A DNA stretch of 63,836 bases, counting the filler, from Perkinsus olseni (taxonomy: Eukaryota), in the NCBI GenBank assembly GCA_013115125.1. It is 2 parts of 2 records of this genome, joined end to end, with 100 filler letters (N's around TTAATTAATTAA, not from the genome) between each part and the next. Parts side by side here need not be neighbours in the genome. Positions count along the whole stretch, not along the records: positions 31,973 to 63,836 come from JABANN010000410.1; 1 more part is not named here. One strand, 5' to 3'. Each line of letters begins with the position of its first letter. The stretch's first letter is position 1. This document shows, in pieces, positions 38,636 through 54,019 of the stretch. The position numbers and the translations under genes are program-made. The notes under the pieces are model-generated. The model saw nothing but the letters and a program-made list of their open reading frames with translations, made no database searches and was not told the DNA's origin.

Positions 38636-38707
38636 AGGTCCTATCGGGATTTGAACCCGAGTCGCTGGATTCAAAGTCCAGAGTGCTAACCACTACACTA
38701 TAGGACC
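38636..38707 (-). tRNA. trnQ: tRNA-Gln(TTG), T-loop variant GTTCAAAT
   Basis: GGTCCTATAGTGTAGTGGTTAGCACTCTGGACTTTGAATCCAGCGACTCGGGTTCAAATCCCGATAGGACCT folds as a cloverleaf. No poly-T terminator immediately downstream. Confidence 0.88.
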
Positions 38708-38729
38708 GATAATTTTCTGATGAGTCTCC

Positions 38730-39060
38730 GAGGAACGTCTTGGAGCTTCTAACTGGTAGGATGTTCGAGACTGCTGACTGGGTATGCTGACAACCCAGAG
38801 TGGGTATGGAGTCGGGCAGTCCTCTAACGTCCTACTGAACAGTGGTGGCCACCAACTCTCAGTTGGCAGCGAGTGTAGGCTACTGCCTACCTGCTGGCTC
38901 TGACTCTGATAAGTACTAAGCAGGGCAGAGCAAGGCCACGCACTGTTCACACTCCCAACCTCTGCATCATGGGAATTTCGTACCTTCTTGGCATCTACAC
39001 ATGCCACACGCTCAACCAACCAGTCACACTGAATCTCCCTTGCGGAATAAGCCCACACCT
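38730..39060 (-). pseudogene. Degenerate duplicated fragment of the UGM gene
   Basis: VWAYSAREIQCDWLVERVACVDAKKV versus VWAYPTREMQCDWLGERVATVDAKKV at ~48740-48820; flanking intron and tRNA also copied. Confidence 0.8.
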
Positions 39061-39075
39061 GAGCAGCACGAATAG

Positions 39076-39147
39076 AGGTCCTATCGGGATTCGAACCCGA
39101 GTCGCTGAATTCAAAGTCCAGAGTGCTAACCACTACACTATAGGACC
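39076..39147 (-). tRNA. trnQ: tRNA-Gln(TTG), one anticodon-stem substitution (G-U pair)
   Basis: Same 72-nt sequence with TTCAG in place of TCCAG in the 3' anticodon stem. Confidence 0.85.
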
Positions 39148-39160
39148 GATAATTTCGAAA

Positions 39161-39209
39161 GAGTCGCTCGATTCAAACTTCAGAGTGCTAAGCACTACAC
39201 TATAGGGCC
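39161..39209 (-). pseudogene. Degenerate 5' two-thirds of tRNA-Gln
   Basis: GGCCCTATAGTGTAGTGCTTAGCACTCTGAAGTTTGAATCGAGCGACTC; no T arm. Confidence 0.8.
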
Positions 39210-41463
39210 TCTCCGGAACAGAGGTTCAATGGCATGTCCTAAGTTCGAAATCGACGAGAATATCGTAGAAATTCGCCATAATTGCGTCTTGTTTTGTAGA
39301 CGACCATATGCATATACTTCAGCTTATATCATCCTCCCATCACCGACCAGGCCGCTGAGGTGGGTATTACATTCTCAGTGTAGCTCCTTTTCTCCCCGTC
39401 TCCCGACTACAGAACATCCCCCATCCCATCTGAATTACGCTTTAAAAAGGGCTCACCCCTCATGATTTCTTGTCACGAAGGAGTTACGACGGCGACTGAA
39501 AGATCCCATCGTGAACTGAACGATGGCGTACTCGACTGGAAGCCTATTTTCTCCTCCTTATTGAACAATCCGGTCAAACGCTGAAGCCCTTCTATGATGA
39601 AGTCCCAACGTGTGGTGATGGCGTCACGCCTCCCATTGAGCCCTTCCACGGTTCAAGTCTTATCAGTCAGAATATCAGAATGATAGGAGAGCATCTCGTT
39701 AAGCTCGGAAGTTCACGGTGATGAGCATTTCAACTTTGATACGGAAACGAATTTTCTGGCTCGGCGCACGGTGGCGCCAAAATTTAAAGTGCCCCAAGAA
39801 AAATACTGATTATAGATACTTATGTGTAAGACTCTTACACAAATTTTCAAGGCCATATTCGCAGGCGGTGGCTCACACTATCCGTCGACAGTTTAACCCG
39901 TGATTTTGGTAATTTAATAGCGTTTACACGGGGCAGACAGCCTAAATTGGGCTTGTGGCCGCTATAATGGCTCTGCTCTTATGATCAAACACAGGGCTAT
40001 TTAGAGGAGAGGAGAGGCTTTCTAATGGTGGTATTTGACCTCGCCCATCAGTCTTAAGTAGCTTTTGCAGGGGCCATCTTCGACACTTCAGCGTCCGATT
40101 TAAATTTAAATTTTAATTTTTGCGGGCAACGCCGCGGCGTTGCCGTTGGCGGCGGTGGAATAGCCTCTTCTTCTGCAACATTTGTTCCGGGTGATACCGA
40201 ATTAAGCTAAGATTTGTCACTGAGTTCGAGGTGTGTACTACACACGGTGTACAACATGTGACTTGAGCAATGCGCAAAATGTCCATTTTCAGAATCGTTC
40301 CGCGCCGTTTTTGTACTTGCGTGCACATCTTATTCAGGAGTAGTCAACTCTGCCCCCAGGTACAAGAACTGCTTCCTCGATGGGATTCCCATCATGGGAA
40401 TAATTCTAGTTTTTCTAACCTGTAGATCAAGCTCAGCCTAAGCGTGTATTGAATTATTCAATTCTTACACGCTGTATTTTCATCTGGGACGTTGGGAAAG
40501 GGTGAGATCCCGGGAGAACAAGTGATTCACTAGTAGTGAATGGCGTTCACTAAACGCTTGTTTCGGGCCCTGGGGAATGTTTGAGGAACCAGCCTGTTTC
40601 CTGTTAAGCCTGTTTAAACGCCTGATCACCAGACTTTAAGGCAGGTGAACGCGTCCGCTGTGGACACTCTCTGATAGGACGTCCTCGTCGTTGACGCGAC
40701 GCGCGTCACGCTAGTGGTGATGACCTGAGTCTGCATGGTGTCCAACAATCCCATCAAACTATGTCGGATGCTTGGAGAAGTTCTCAATACCCGCTCGCTT
40801 CTAGTTCTATCATGGAGATCGTATCAACATGGTGTGAAACTGACTGAGCAACGGCTAAACCACTATAATGAATCAATAGCCTCCCCCTAGAGACACCATC
40901 AACTTCGGTGCCACGCATGGCATATCACACTGCACGCATATACGACGCGGATTCCCGCAGTCAATGATCATCAACCCTCGATATCGGAGACACGCGTCCC
41001 TCCTATCCGACCCTCCGACCTGTGAAACCAGCTTGCCTTCCGTGGATAAACGAGTGCTTTATCTACGTTTCGACCGACACGGAGAGATGACATATCACGT
41101 TGACCGCACAGCGGGGCGCCTAGTGTCCCAGTTGTACCCTCCACGCTTGCAGGCTAGTGCCATGAACAGCGGCTCGAGACGTCGGGTGCTCGATGACGGC
41201 TCGAGAAGCGTTACCCTTCTGAGGCTTTTAACTTCTTCAAGCGAGGTCTTCGAGAGGTAAATTTGACCCGCGGAACCGCGATTGCTTGCAGCATCGTTTT
41301 CGGCCGCGGGACAGTTTGCCTTCGCGTCAGCCTCGCTGTGGACCCGACCGACGCCAGCGGGGTGCCGCGCTTGGTCCGATCTCGGAGACCAGAAGCTTCA
41401 ACTGTGGATGATCAATTGGACCTTTTGTTAATGTCGATTTCTCCCCACGTCTTCGGAGGGGTC

Positions 41464-42426
41464 ATGTGGATCTTCCTAGCTCTCCTGTGGCTGCCTCCTG
41501 AAACCTCGCTGTGCAGGTAGGCGAGTTGGTAAGCATTTTTTTGACCTTGATAGCCTTATCTGGGTATCAGTATCTCGTAATCGGCTGTTGCTGACAAAGT
41601 CATGTAGCACTTCCCGTCTTCAGTCACGCTCGCGAGCAAGGGCCCAGTCAACCCGAGAGCGCCGCCGTCTGGCTCCTGGCACCACTCGAGAATAGGACCC
41701 TCGTTGTATTGCGGGAATATTGGTCAACAAAAGGACGCTCTTACTCCGAGTACAGAGTAGCTCTCACCACCACCACTACGACCACAACCACAGCACTCGA
41801 TGCCGGAGAGTACGTATGCCAAATCAACAGCTGTCTTTCGTGATGTATCTTCATTCCTTCCCTTTAGGGATTCTCTGGGGTTGATAAACGTCGAGGTGGT
41901 TGTTCAAGAGGGTTCGGAAAAGTAGCATACGGCGGCTTTACGAAAGCTGACTCAGCTTAGCTTAGTTCGTCATTGACCTCAGGTTCGACATGTACTGGGT
42001 CGAACGTTCATTTCAGAACGGTGAGCTCAATATCATCTATTTCAAGATGTATTCCCCGCGTGGGCTCTGGAAGGGTGAGCGCGTGTCCCCCGACTACTCT
42101 CGTCTGACCCGGCGTTCACAATCCCCGAGGATTGTCTCCCTCAGGAAGTCTGTCGAGTACTGCAACTCCAATCTTAACGGTGTCTGAGGCCCTGCCTGGA
42201 ACCAACGACTATGAGAGTGTCGATTCTACCTTCGTCCCGGGTAAGTGCCCCCACCGAGGTGGGGATGCCTCGTCCTCAGCTCAGGAATGTCATATTTCCA
42301 AGGCTCTCGAAAAATTTCACTTGTGGCTAAATTGGCCACCCTGGTCCTCCGACTCAGGTGGCTATGTAGCTGCGCTATCTGATAGCTCAGCAACTTCCAT
42401 CCGCCCTGTAGTAAACGTAGACTGAT
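41464..42426 (+). CDS. Small hypothetical, possibly secreted protein
   Basis: MWIFLALLWLPPETSLC followed by a GT donor; later coding-like exons (MYWVERSFQNGELNIIYFKM..). Confidence 0.3.
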
Positions 42427-42854
42427 GAATAGACACGTTCTTATGAGTACAGTGCTCCAAATTAATTTGGAATATAGTCTAATAACTTAATTTCGCCTCA
42501 ACCACTCAGAGTTTGAACCTGATTCTCCAACACACTATTCGTTACAACCATACGAATCCACTCTCAAAAATTATGACCGTTTCATGCCTACGAACGGGTA
42601 TAAGTATGTCGATTTATGATGTGTATTAAACTGAATGGAAGAACTTTCCCTCTGATGTCTTTGAACTTTACGAGCTGGAACTAGTATAAATTCACTCGTA
42701 CTTCGTACGCACCTAGGCACTGCTCTGAGAGTCCTGGAATAAGATTCCCCGTTGTGCAGTGATAGTCGTGGGGCCACGGAAGTTGAAAGTTACGGTGGGA
42801 CCGTCGAGGTCCTTGAGACCGGGGGGGCGTCGAGTATTGGTCTGCATTTGAGAT

Positions 42855-43696
42855 GTGCTTCAAGTCGGCATTTCTTCAGGGGCCGGTTCGATAGCAGTTG
42901 GCCTCAAGAGTGGTGACACGAAGGAGGATAAGTACAGCTCGGGAATGTACGACCTCCACTCGCCCATCACCATTGTAAGCCGTACCTCTTCAGAGTCTAC
43001 ACCCCCGGTACGCACGAGAGAAAAACACCGCCCAGTAAACTCTACAAGTGAAATCTCTGCATCTGCGCTGTATCCGAGGCCTCTACCCTTCTGAGGTGAT
43101 CTCAGGTACAACCCGGAAACCGGCTGGGAAGAATTTCTGGGGAAAGATCCAGGGCTGCCAAGGCTGGCTAAAAATGTCCGAGTTGCTAGGAATGGGCGCT
43201 GGGCGGTCTGGAGGATTGACAAAACAGATGTGACGGCTCGGTACGCTTTCTCGCGGCGTGCAAACGCTCCTTCAGTTAGGGACCTCAGCCAGAAGAGGCG
43301 AGCTGGCAATGGTGAGTCTGACTCAACCGGAGGCGAAAGCAAGGGAGGTCACACGCGGGGCAGGAAGCCTCGGTAAGCTCTTAGGAGAGCGCTCGAGCGC
43401 TTGAGATTCTCTTTAGGAGTAGCACAGCTCTGATCAGCATGAAATAAGCAGTCCCTTACGGAGAGTCTTTCTTGTCTCATTTCCATGTTCTTTTTCTGAG
43501 GTGACTATGAGCCTTCCCCCTCCGGAAGCTTTCTCGCTTATACCGCCAACTACGTCAATGACTCGAGGTCTGCCCCCGCATCCTGTACCCATCGACTCCT
43601 CTACGTAACCCAAGTTACCGATGTGGCGAATGCTCCGCTGGTGGGTTTCATTCCTCAATCAGGAGGCTTCGTAGTTCCCTTCACGCGAGATCCTTC

Positions 43697-43728
<32 letters not shown>

Positions 43729-45935
43729 CCATCGTCGTCGTCAACCGCTCGCTGCTATGCCTGAGCTTCTTCAGGACTTTCCTGTGTCTGCTCCCGGCCA
43801 GCTCGTCACCGATTTTGGCTGGGTCGAAGGTCTCCCGAATACTCTGTGGTGGACCATCTAGGATGCTTTCCACAGCAACACGTGAGCCTGGCGGTTACTC
43901 GAGGATCCAATAGGGGATTCTGAGCTTCCTCCTCAATACAGGTTCGTGAGAGCTATTGGAAGCCCTTTCGGATGCACACTGAGGCTGGCGGTGCCTTGTA
44001 CGACGTGGGTGATGGCTTACCAGGCTGATGGGGGCAGCTACATATACGGCAGCGACACCATGGGGAGGTACCCGCTAACCCTTCTCTCCAGGCCTGATGG
44101 TCGCTGGGATTACTGGAGTCTCTAGGAAACTGGACTCGGATTGACGCTGTGAAGCTTATTCGTTTACAAAAATTTGTGTCTCTGAATGTCGTGAATGGGT
44201 CTACGATCTCGACGTTGATGTGTGTGGCTTAGAGCCGTCACGAGTAGTGTGACCGTCACGGTGTGATACGTAATGTAGAGTATGCCAGTAGTCTTCACTG
44301 CGGAGCTGCTTCTCCCTTATTCCAGGACACCGTCTCTCGTCGCTGTGGACACGGTGACGGGGGAAGTAGTCGGTGAGCTTCCCCTGCCGTACGATGTCGC
44401 CGCGGACACGCTAGTCACTACTGAGCTCGAGTGGGACGTCCGGCCTGGGCACCGATGCCGCGGGATGCTTTACCAACGACGACGGCCTGAGGATGAAGTG
44501 GTGGTTTCTGGCCCTCTGGTCGTCAGTCTCCACGGTGGACCCTGTGAAGGGATCCGTCCAATCGATGAGGTCGGTATTTACTCGAGGTAAGCAACCTGCG
44601 GACAAGTCCTCATTGCCTTCAATGTCCATCGAGGCGCCTTCTTTTTGTCGCAGGTATCGAGACCTCCTCGAACAAGGGTATCAAGTACTTGTCCCAGCCA
44701 CGAGTGGTACCCTCGGATTCGGTGACTCATGGAGCAGGGCGATCATCGGACATGTTGGTAGGGGAGGAGGGTGCATTACCCAACTTGAGCTCACTTCCCA
44801 AATCAGGGCAACGAGACGTGGATGAAGTCGCGTCTGGCTCTCAGTACGTTCTCAGAGAGGCACACGTCGATCGTGTGAGCCTCGTTGGAAGCAGCTACGG
44901 CGCGTAAGTTTCATCACCCTCTGACTGCCGTTGGCTCCGGGCTTACACGCGCACTATCTCGCTGCAGTAGATGTAGTTGTAGAACGCAACATAAGTAGAC
45001 TGGGCCCACAGTGAACGAGATAGAGCAGATAGAAAGTCGAGTAGTTGAGAGAATGAATTGATAATGCGAAGCCAGTATGAGCACAGTTCCTTTGTGTTAT
45101 GTAGCCGGTGCACACGTGAATGGTGTCAACCTTACGTCCATCACGAAGGTACCTGGCCTTGAGATCGGCCATGTATCATCCTTATATATTCAAGAGTGTA
45201 GTGGCGAGGTACCCCTGGGTGGAAACTAGATGGAACGGAGCTACGACAGGTGGGTCGATTCTGCGATTGGTGTGTGATTCGTGCTCATACTGCCAGGTGA
45301 CTTCTCCTTTGAAGACGAGCTATGGGCGGGCAAATCTCAGAGTACGGCCTGGCCCGAACCAGTCGGGTTGAAACTATCCGACGTTCTCGTTGAGCAGGGT
45401 TTGAGGCTGCTCCAAGTGCCTCTGCTCCTCATGCACGGTAACGGCGGGTCAGGGCCGCTAGTGCAGGCTTAGTCAAGGTCGCTGATTGAACTTTAACAAG
45501 ATCGCAAAACAAAAACATAATCAAAGCATGCTGAAATTAGAACGCCTGTGCAAATGGTCATAAAGATAACACGAGGGAATGTGAGATGAGTTCAGCGCAT
45601 GCGCCTTGACGACAGTCTCGAGATGACAGGTACCGACGACGACATCTGCCCGGTCTCCAACAGCAAGATGCTTTTCAATGTGTTGACCAACCAAGTGAAC
45701 GTATCTGACGCGGAGCGCGGGAATTTGAATCTGGAGTTGGTGATCTTCCCTGGCCAGAGACACGGATTCAGAGGAAATGCCGCCTGGGAGGCTGATGCTC
45801 GGCAACTAGATTGGATTCGCAAAGTAAGCGTCACTGATTCACACCTCTCCTCATTCCTGCCTGCTGTATCAGTACATGCCCGTCCAGCCTGAACGGGCCC
45901 ATGTCCCCATCGAGTCCGGTTATCCTTTTGAGTGA
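42855..45935 (+). CDS. Peptidase family S9 (acylaminoacyl/prolyl oligopeptidase-like); 5' end approximate
   Basis: PLVVSLHGGP, GYQVLVPATSGTLGFGDSW, nucleophile elbow LVGSSYGAYL, PLLLMHGTDDDICP (Asp), IFPGQRHGF (His). Confidence 0.88.
43698..43727 (+). repeat. (ATC)n microsatellite
   Basis: About ten consecutive ATC units. Confidence 0.9.
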
Positions 45936-47101
45936 TTCAGTGCTTCCTGCACGCTTGATCAAAGTTCGATCATCAGAACCCACATCTTTCTTTATATTTT
46001 TCCGCAATTTTCTTTCATTAAGTCTCGGGAGAAGGCCCCACATAAGCCCGTATGACTCATTCACATGTATTTCAAAGTATTTCACCTTTGAGTTTGCGAA
46101 GTTGGGCCCCAACAATTAGGGTATAGCGACGACAGTCGATTCACTTAAAACGCGCCTCACAATAGAGAATCTCTATTAGAGACGATTTATCATCAGCAAC
46201 GGGCCACTATTTCGGCTACCTGAAGTATCACAACCTTCTTCAGTTTAACGGAACAAAGTGGTTTTGGTTTCAACGGAAGCCGTTAAAATATCAAACCACT
46301 GTTTGCTGCAGGATCCGGCGAGAACGAGTCATTCCCCGATATGAGTAAGCCCAGTATTAGAGTCTATCATTGAGCGACAGGTTCTGCGGCAGAACTTCTG
46401 CCCGACAGGGTGGTATCGTGTGCGAAACTGAAACCGTTCAAGAGAGGGGGCTTCTCGCCTGACTAGGGCCAGAGTAGTTGACCCTACCTCAGGCGTGCGC
46501 TCACTTCCACCACAACACCCTGAGTTGCTGGAGCTGTGAAAGCGTTGAGCACTTGCTGCTCCCGGAGATTCCATGCAAGCTCTACTAGTCTTGGCAAAAT
46601 GCACGAAAAACGCCTCATACGCTCCTAACCTGCGCCTCCTGAGTACTATAACCTAGCTGGCTACCTAATCGATACTTCTCCTCGCTCATTCATCATAACT
46701 TATTATTTTTCTATGACTAATCCTGTTGAGCAGCTTTCTTGTGTGGCTGAGGCCTCTCGGACCGAAGGAGAACCCAAACATTCGGTCCAATGCGATGCGA
46801 TTGTTCGTCATGACGTTGGTCCAACATCAAAGAAGAGAGTACACATGAAAAGAATCCGAAATAGAGGCGCAATTGGGATTGAGACGTCTCGATACCCGAC
46901 TGATACACCGACCGTTTTGGAAACTCACTCAACTTGGCCAAACTGCCCTCGAAGTTTCTACTGTATCGACATTGAACGAAATGGCATTAATTTTACGAAC
47001 AAGTTGACCGATACTTCCCCACGCGGGTCTTCTCCACCCCACACAACACGGAACTCCATCAAGGGTCGAGAGAAGATGCATGCACGGTGTCAATGCGTCG
47101 G

Positions 47102-49837
<2,736 letters not shown>

Positions 49838-50123
49838 TCACCCATCTTACTTCGGGTCCCGGAGTCTGGGAAGAGTCCGGGAACCTTCACACAAGGTGAC
49901 TGTCTCCGGGCCTTCGGGAGCTGGGCCAAAATATCCGGGTTGACTGAATTTAGAACCTCTTTCCTTGATTAATCACGGGGTGGTTCATTGCGCGGTACTG
50001 CCCTGAGAGCCCTGCCTCATCATTGAGAGCAGCTTCGCAGTTCCCGTGTGCCTCAAGCGGACGGTTCTCAATGAGGACTCCTCGTGGTGAGCACGGTGGG
50101 ACAACTGACGAGGAACGAGGAAA

Positions 50124-50195
50124 AGGTCCTATCGGGATTCGAACCCGAGTCGCTGGATTCAAAGTCCAGAGTGCTAACCACTACACTATAGGACC
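50124..50195 (-). tRNA. trnQ: tRNA-Gln(TTG)
   Basis: Perfect 72-nt copy whose 3' end runs into TTTT (Pol III terminator-like). Confidence 0.95.
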
Positions 50196-50585
50196 TCTGA
50201 ATCACTCGAGTTAAAATTGGCGAGGTATCCAGGAGGGAAGACATCGTCACATACCGAATCTACGTAAAACGATCTCGTTGCGGTGCGATCCACAGCGTTG
50301 ATGAACCCATCCGAAACTTAATGACTGGCAGGGGGTCCGAACCCTGGAGCTCTGGCGAACAGAATAGCTATTTACGAGTCGGAAATTCCGATGAACCCAA
50401 ACGCGAGTTCTCTTCGACGCCACTTGATTTCTTCAAGGTGGCCGCTGAGGATTCTCACAGTCTACGTTCTTCAAAACCTATCGGCTCTAGTCGTACACCT
50501 ACGTCCGCAGCATAGTAAACGGTACCAGCGGACATCCGTGCCCTCACCGATGACAACTCCAGAACAAAAACAGAGCATCGAAACC

Positions 50586-51905
50586 TCACTGAACTGACGT
50601 GTCATCGGCAGCGGTGTCTTCATCATCGTCTCGGAGGATTCCCATCGTTCGGCCGTCCTTCTTCGTCCACTCCTCTTCACTAAGAACAACTCCACCATCA
50701 CGACTTGGAACGACGCCGGCCACCACAAAAGGCGCAGCGACATCACGATCAGAGCAGCATGATGCACACCTTGACGACTCTCCTCTATCCTCCCTCTCCG
50801 CGCTCTCGACGGGTCGCCTCTCGACTACACCAAAGCGTTCTTGGCGCCTGGCCCTCCGAACTAGCTCCTCCTCGTCCACTTCCACCCGGCCTCCCACCGG
50901 GGACCGACTTCGAGAACGCTGACGTCTAAAGAGGCATGATCGATGCTCAAATATTAAAAACACTCAGCCGTTGAGGAAATGCAAAAGAGCAAGTTTATCG
51001 CAGGCCCGCTCACCGCCTGTTCCCTCGAGGCCTCAAGTCGATTCCCCGTGGTGCTAGCTTATAACCCTCGCTGTCGTAGCCTTTCTTGTTCAAACTCTGG
51101 CGGTAAAATTGTGACTGAAGGACAACGCCGGGCTGCTGTCCTTCCCGAGAAATACAACACCTACATCTCGCCAAGTCCGACCGGGTTGTTTGACGTCCTT
51201 GTCCGTCGCCAGCCGGAATGATAGTCGAAATGGCTTCTTCCCTGTGAGCTCAATCAGTTCACTCAGTATCCATGGTTCATCCGCCTTCGTTGTTGTTGGA
51301 TGCTGAGAGGAACACCGATCGAGTCCCCGAGCAATGCAAGCGCAACAGCCTCGCCGAAACCCCAGAAGCGATAGCTAGAGGTGTCAGAATGCGTCAAGCC
51401 CCGGTTACCTCCAAAGCCCTCTTCGCCCGCTCCTCACTACCGCATCGAACGTTGCAGGAATGATCATCCAGCCACTCGACACCAATCTCCTCCTCTGTCG
51501 CGACGGCCATATCGATATCACCTTCCGTGGTCGCAGTGCCGCTGCAAAGGTCCGCAAAGTACCTAGGGGGCGGTCTTTCCTGACAGCGGCAGTGCCATGC
51601 TACATCGATATCTCCGAAGTATTCATCTTCGTCACTCCAAAGACGTGTAACTAAATACAACCGACCACCTCCTGTACGAGATTCAGAGAAAGTCCGTAGG
51701 AGATTGTAGATGAAACAGAAGCCCTGACGAGATGCTAGATCAGAGCGCTCTCCTCGGCCCCACCAGACGCAAGGACCAGGCTTACTTTATCGGGAATCAC
51801 AGTGGAGCCATCTCGGGGCTCCCAGCGTCTGTTCCGATTGCTTATCTCAGTAGCAGCGGGCACATCCTCGGTGGAAGGGGAATCATCGACGACATCAGAA
51901 TACAT
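50586..51905 (-). CDS. NCBP3-like (nuclear cap-binding subunit 3 / DUF2414) protein
   Basis: VEWLDDHSCNVRCGSEERAKRAL, FRLATDKDVK..WRDSQFYR, RSRSRSP, RRARRQERFG. Confidence 0.7.
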
Positions 51906-52228
51906 TGTTAACCCTGTAGGAAGCCTGTCGATATCCCTTACTAAGAACTACACGCGACGGCAAATGAGAGTAAAACTATAGAGGCGAGAGCATCAATAAT
52001 AACAGGTAAAATCATACTTGTGCGATGGGTCGAATCTACCCTCGGATAAATTAGAGAACTGCGTGCCTGAGCCAAACGAATTCGGGGGACGGTGCAATAC
52101 TGCCAATGATCCCAGGGCCCCCCATCATCAGGTGGAGATCGCGAAGGGTCGGCCGCCCGTGTCGCAACAACACTCACAGCGATGCATCCAAACCCCGAGT
52201 ACCAAGCGACGTATACCAGTACACTACC

Positions 52229-54019
52229 TCAGGAGCCTCCCCTTCCTTGAAGGAGGGCTATCGCTTCAGTGAGCAATTTGATCGCAGTGGCTCGATCGTC
52301 GAAGTCAATAGCGCTGGCGGCGTGCTGCGAGGGAAAACTGGAGATCGGACTGTCCGCCCTAAGGCCTACGTGACACTTCTTCTTGGCCTCCTGCATTTGG
52401 GGTGCTGTAGGCCTCTTCTGAGAAACCGCTGCGCTCTCGTGCGAGTTCATACCACTCCTCTGCCAAATTACGCTCACTCATACAACCAGAGGTGAGCATT
52501 TTTACTTCTGGCCGTCCACTGACTGCCTCCTCGCCTCCCTTCTCCGCCCGAGGCGCCTCCACCGTCGTTGCGCCAGACGAATTTAAAGATGCTGCATAGT
52601 TGAAGGACCCTGAGGATCCACATCACATACTAGAGTCGTCTTGCGCCCCCTAATGCAAAGGTCTATTACCACTCGTCGCGCTAGTGCTGGCGGGTGCTGC
52701 CGCCGTGGACTCGTCCGACGGTACTCCTGTTGTTGTAGTAGATGGACCATCATCGCTGTAATGGAAGGCACCCCGCGGACCCGACGAAGACGCTGAACGA
52801 TGAGACTGACTATCTTGAGTTCGCCGACCTTTCTAGTAGTACCACTGTCCTTGGGCGGCTGAGGTGCAGCGGTCGACTCGCTCGTCTCGCTGCTTCCGGG
52901 AGGGCCCGGCTGGGGAGTCGCTCCTTCCTTCAAGCATTTGTTGATATATACTGCCTTGAATTTTGCGTATCTGAAGAGGCGCTCGATGTGAATCGAACTC
53001 ACGCCCTTCGGTGGAAGGACCCATCCCTCTCCCCACCACACTACTTTCGCTTTTCTTCCAAATCTGGCGGCAATGTACCTTTGTCGTCAACCTGCACCCC
53101 CTCCAGTACATCGAAAAACAAGGAAGAGCAATAAAACTTCATACTCGTGGCTGACGTTATCTCTCCTGACCAAAGAATGCACTAAGCCGGGATCGAACCG
53201 CGGGCCTCGCTGAGCACCGATCATCAGCCCCTACCACTCCGATCTTCGTTATCGGCATGACCGAAGACGCTGATACAAAAATCCTCCAATTTCCGAGGCC
53301 CATCTTCCAATGCTTGCCCTAGCTGCGCCTTCTCCTTCTCGCAGACGTCCAGCAGGGATACTAGGGTCTGGCAAGTGGTGGATGGATGGTATTCAGACAC
53401 CGTGGAAGGCAGTTCAGAATAACACCTATTATTTTCACGTTGATTTTGACCCCACTAGAATAAATGGGCCCAGCTGTTGCTAAGGTTGCTCTCAAACTAA
53501 TTACTCAGCCAACCAGACAGCGGTTTCGAGGACCCATCGGAACTTCGAATCCTGCACCGACGCCAAGTCGGAACGTCGTGTATATCGATGAATCTTGGCA
53601 AAGGCAGGCAGAGTATCATTGAGAGTGACTATATGCCGATCTTGTACGACTCGGATCGAGCGGAGAAGCAGAATAATGAGGGGACTCGTACTACAACACT
53701 GGGAAGGTCGGACCACCATCTGACTTCAATGGTTATTGAAACAATTTTCATACAATAGTTTGGTTATACCCCTACTCGAAATAGACTACCGCCCACTACT
53801 ACCCCGTCCAACGCTTTATCGTAACCCGCCTGTTGACGGGCAGCCATTAGGGACTCTGCTACGTACAGACGACAGTAGAAAGACACTAGAGGGTATCTGG
53901 AGGAGGTGTGGGAGACAAGGGTAGTCCCAGTAGTAGTACTGATTGTCCAGTTCCTCTGCTCGCTTGAGATAGGGTATCCATTTACGGCCAGAGGGTGGTA
54001 CGGTTGTTGATAGGGACAT
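52229..54019 (-). CDS. VTA1: VTA1/LIP5 (ESCRT Vps4 cofactor)
   Basis: IPYLKRAEELD..PLVSFYCRLY, HADNEDRSGEITSATSMKFYCSSLFFDVL, KYAKFKAVYINKCLKEGATPQPGPP, C-terminal VSL region EAKKKC..AASAIDFDDRATAIKLL. Confidence 0.92.
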
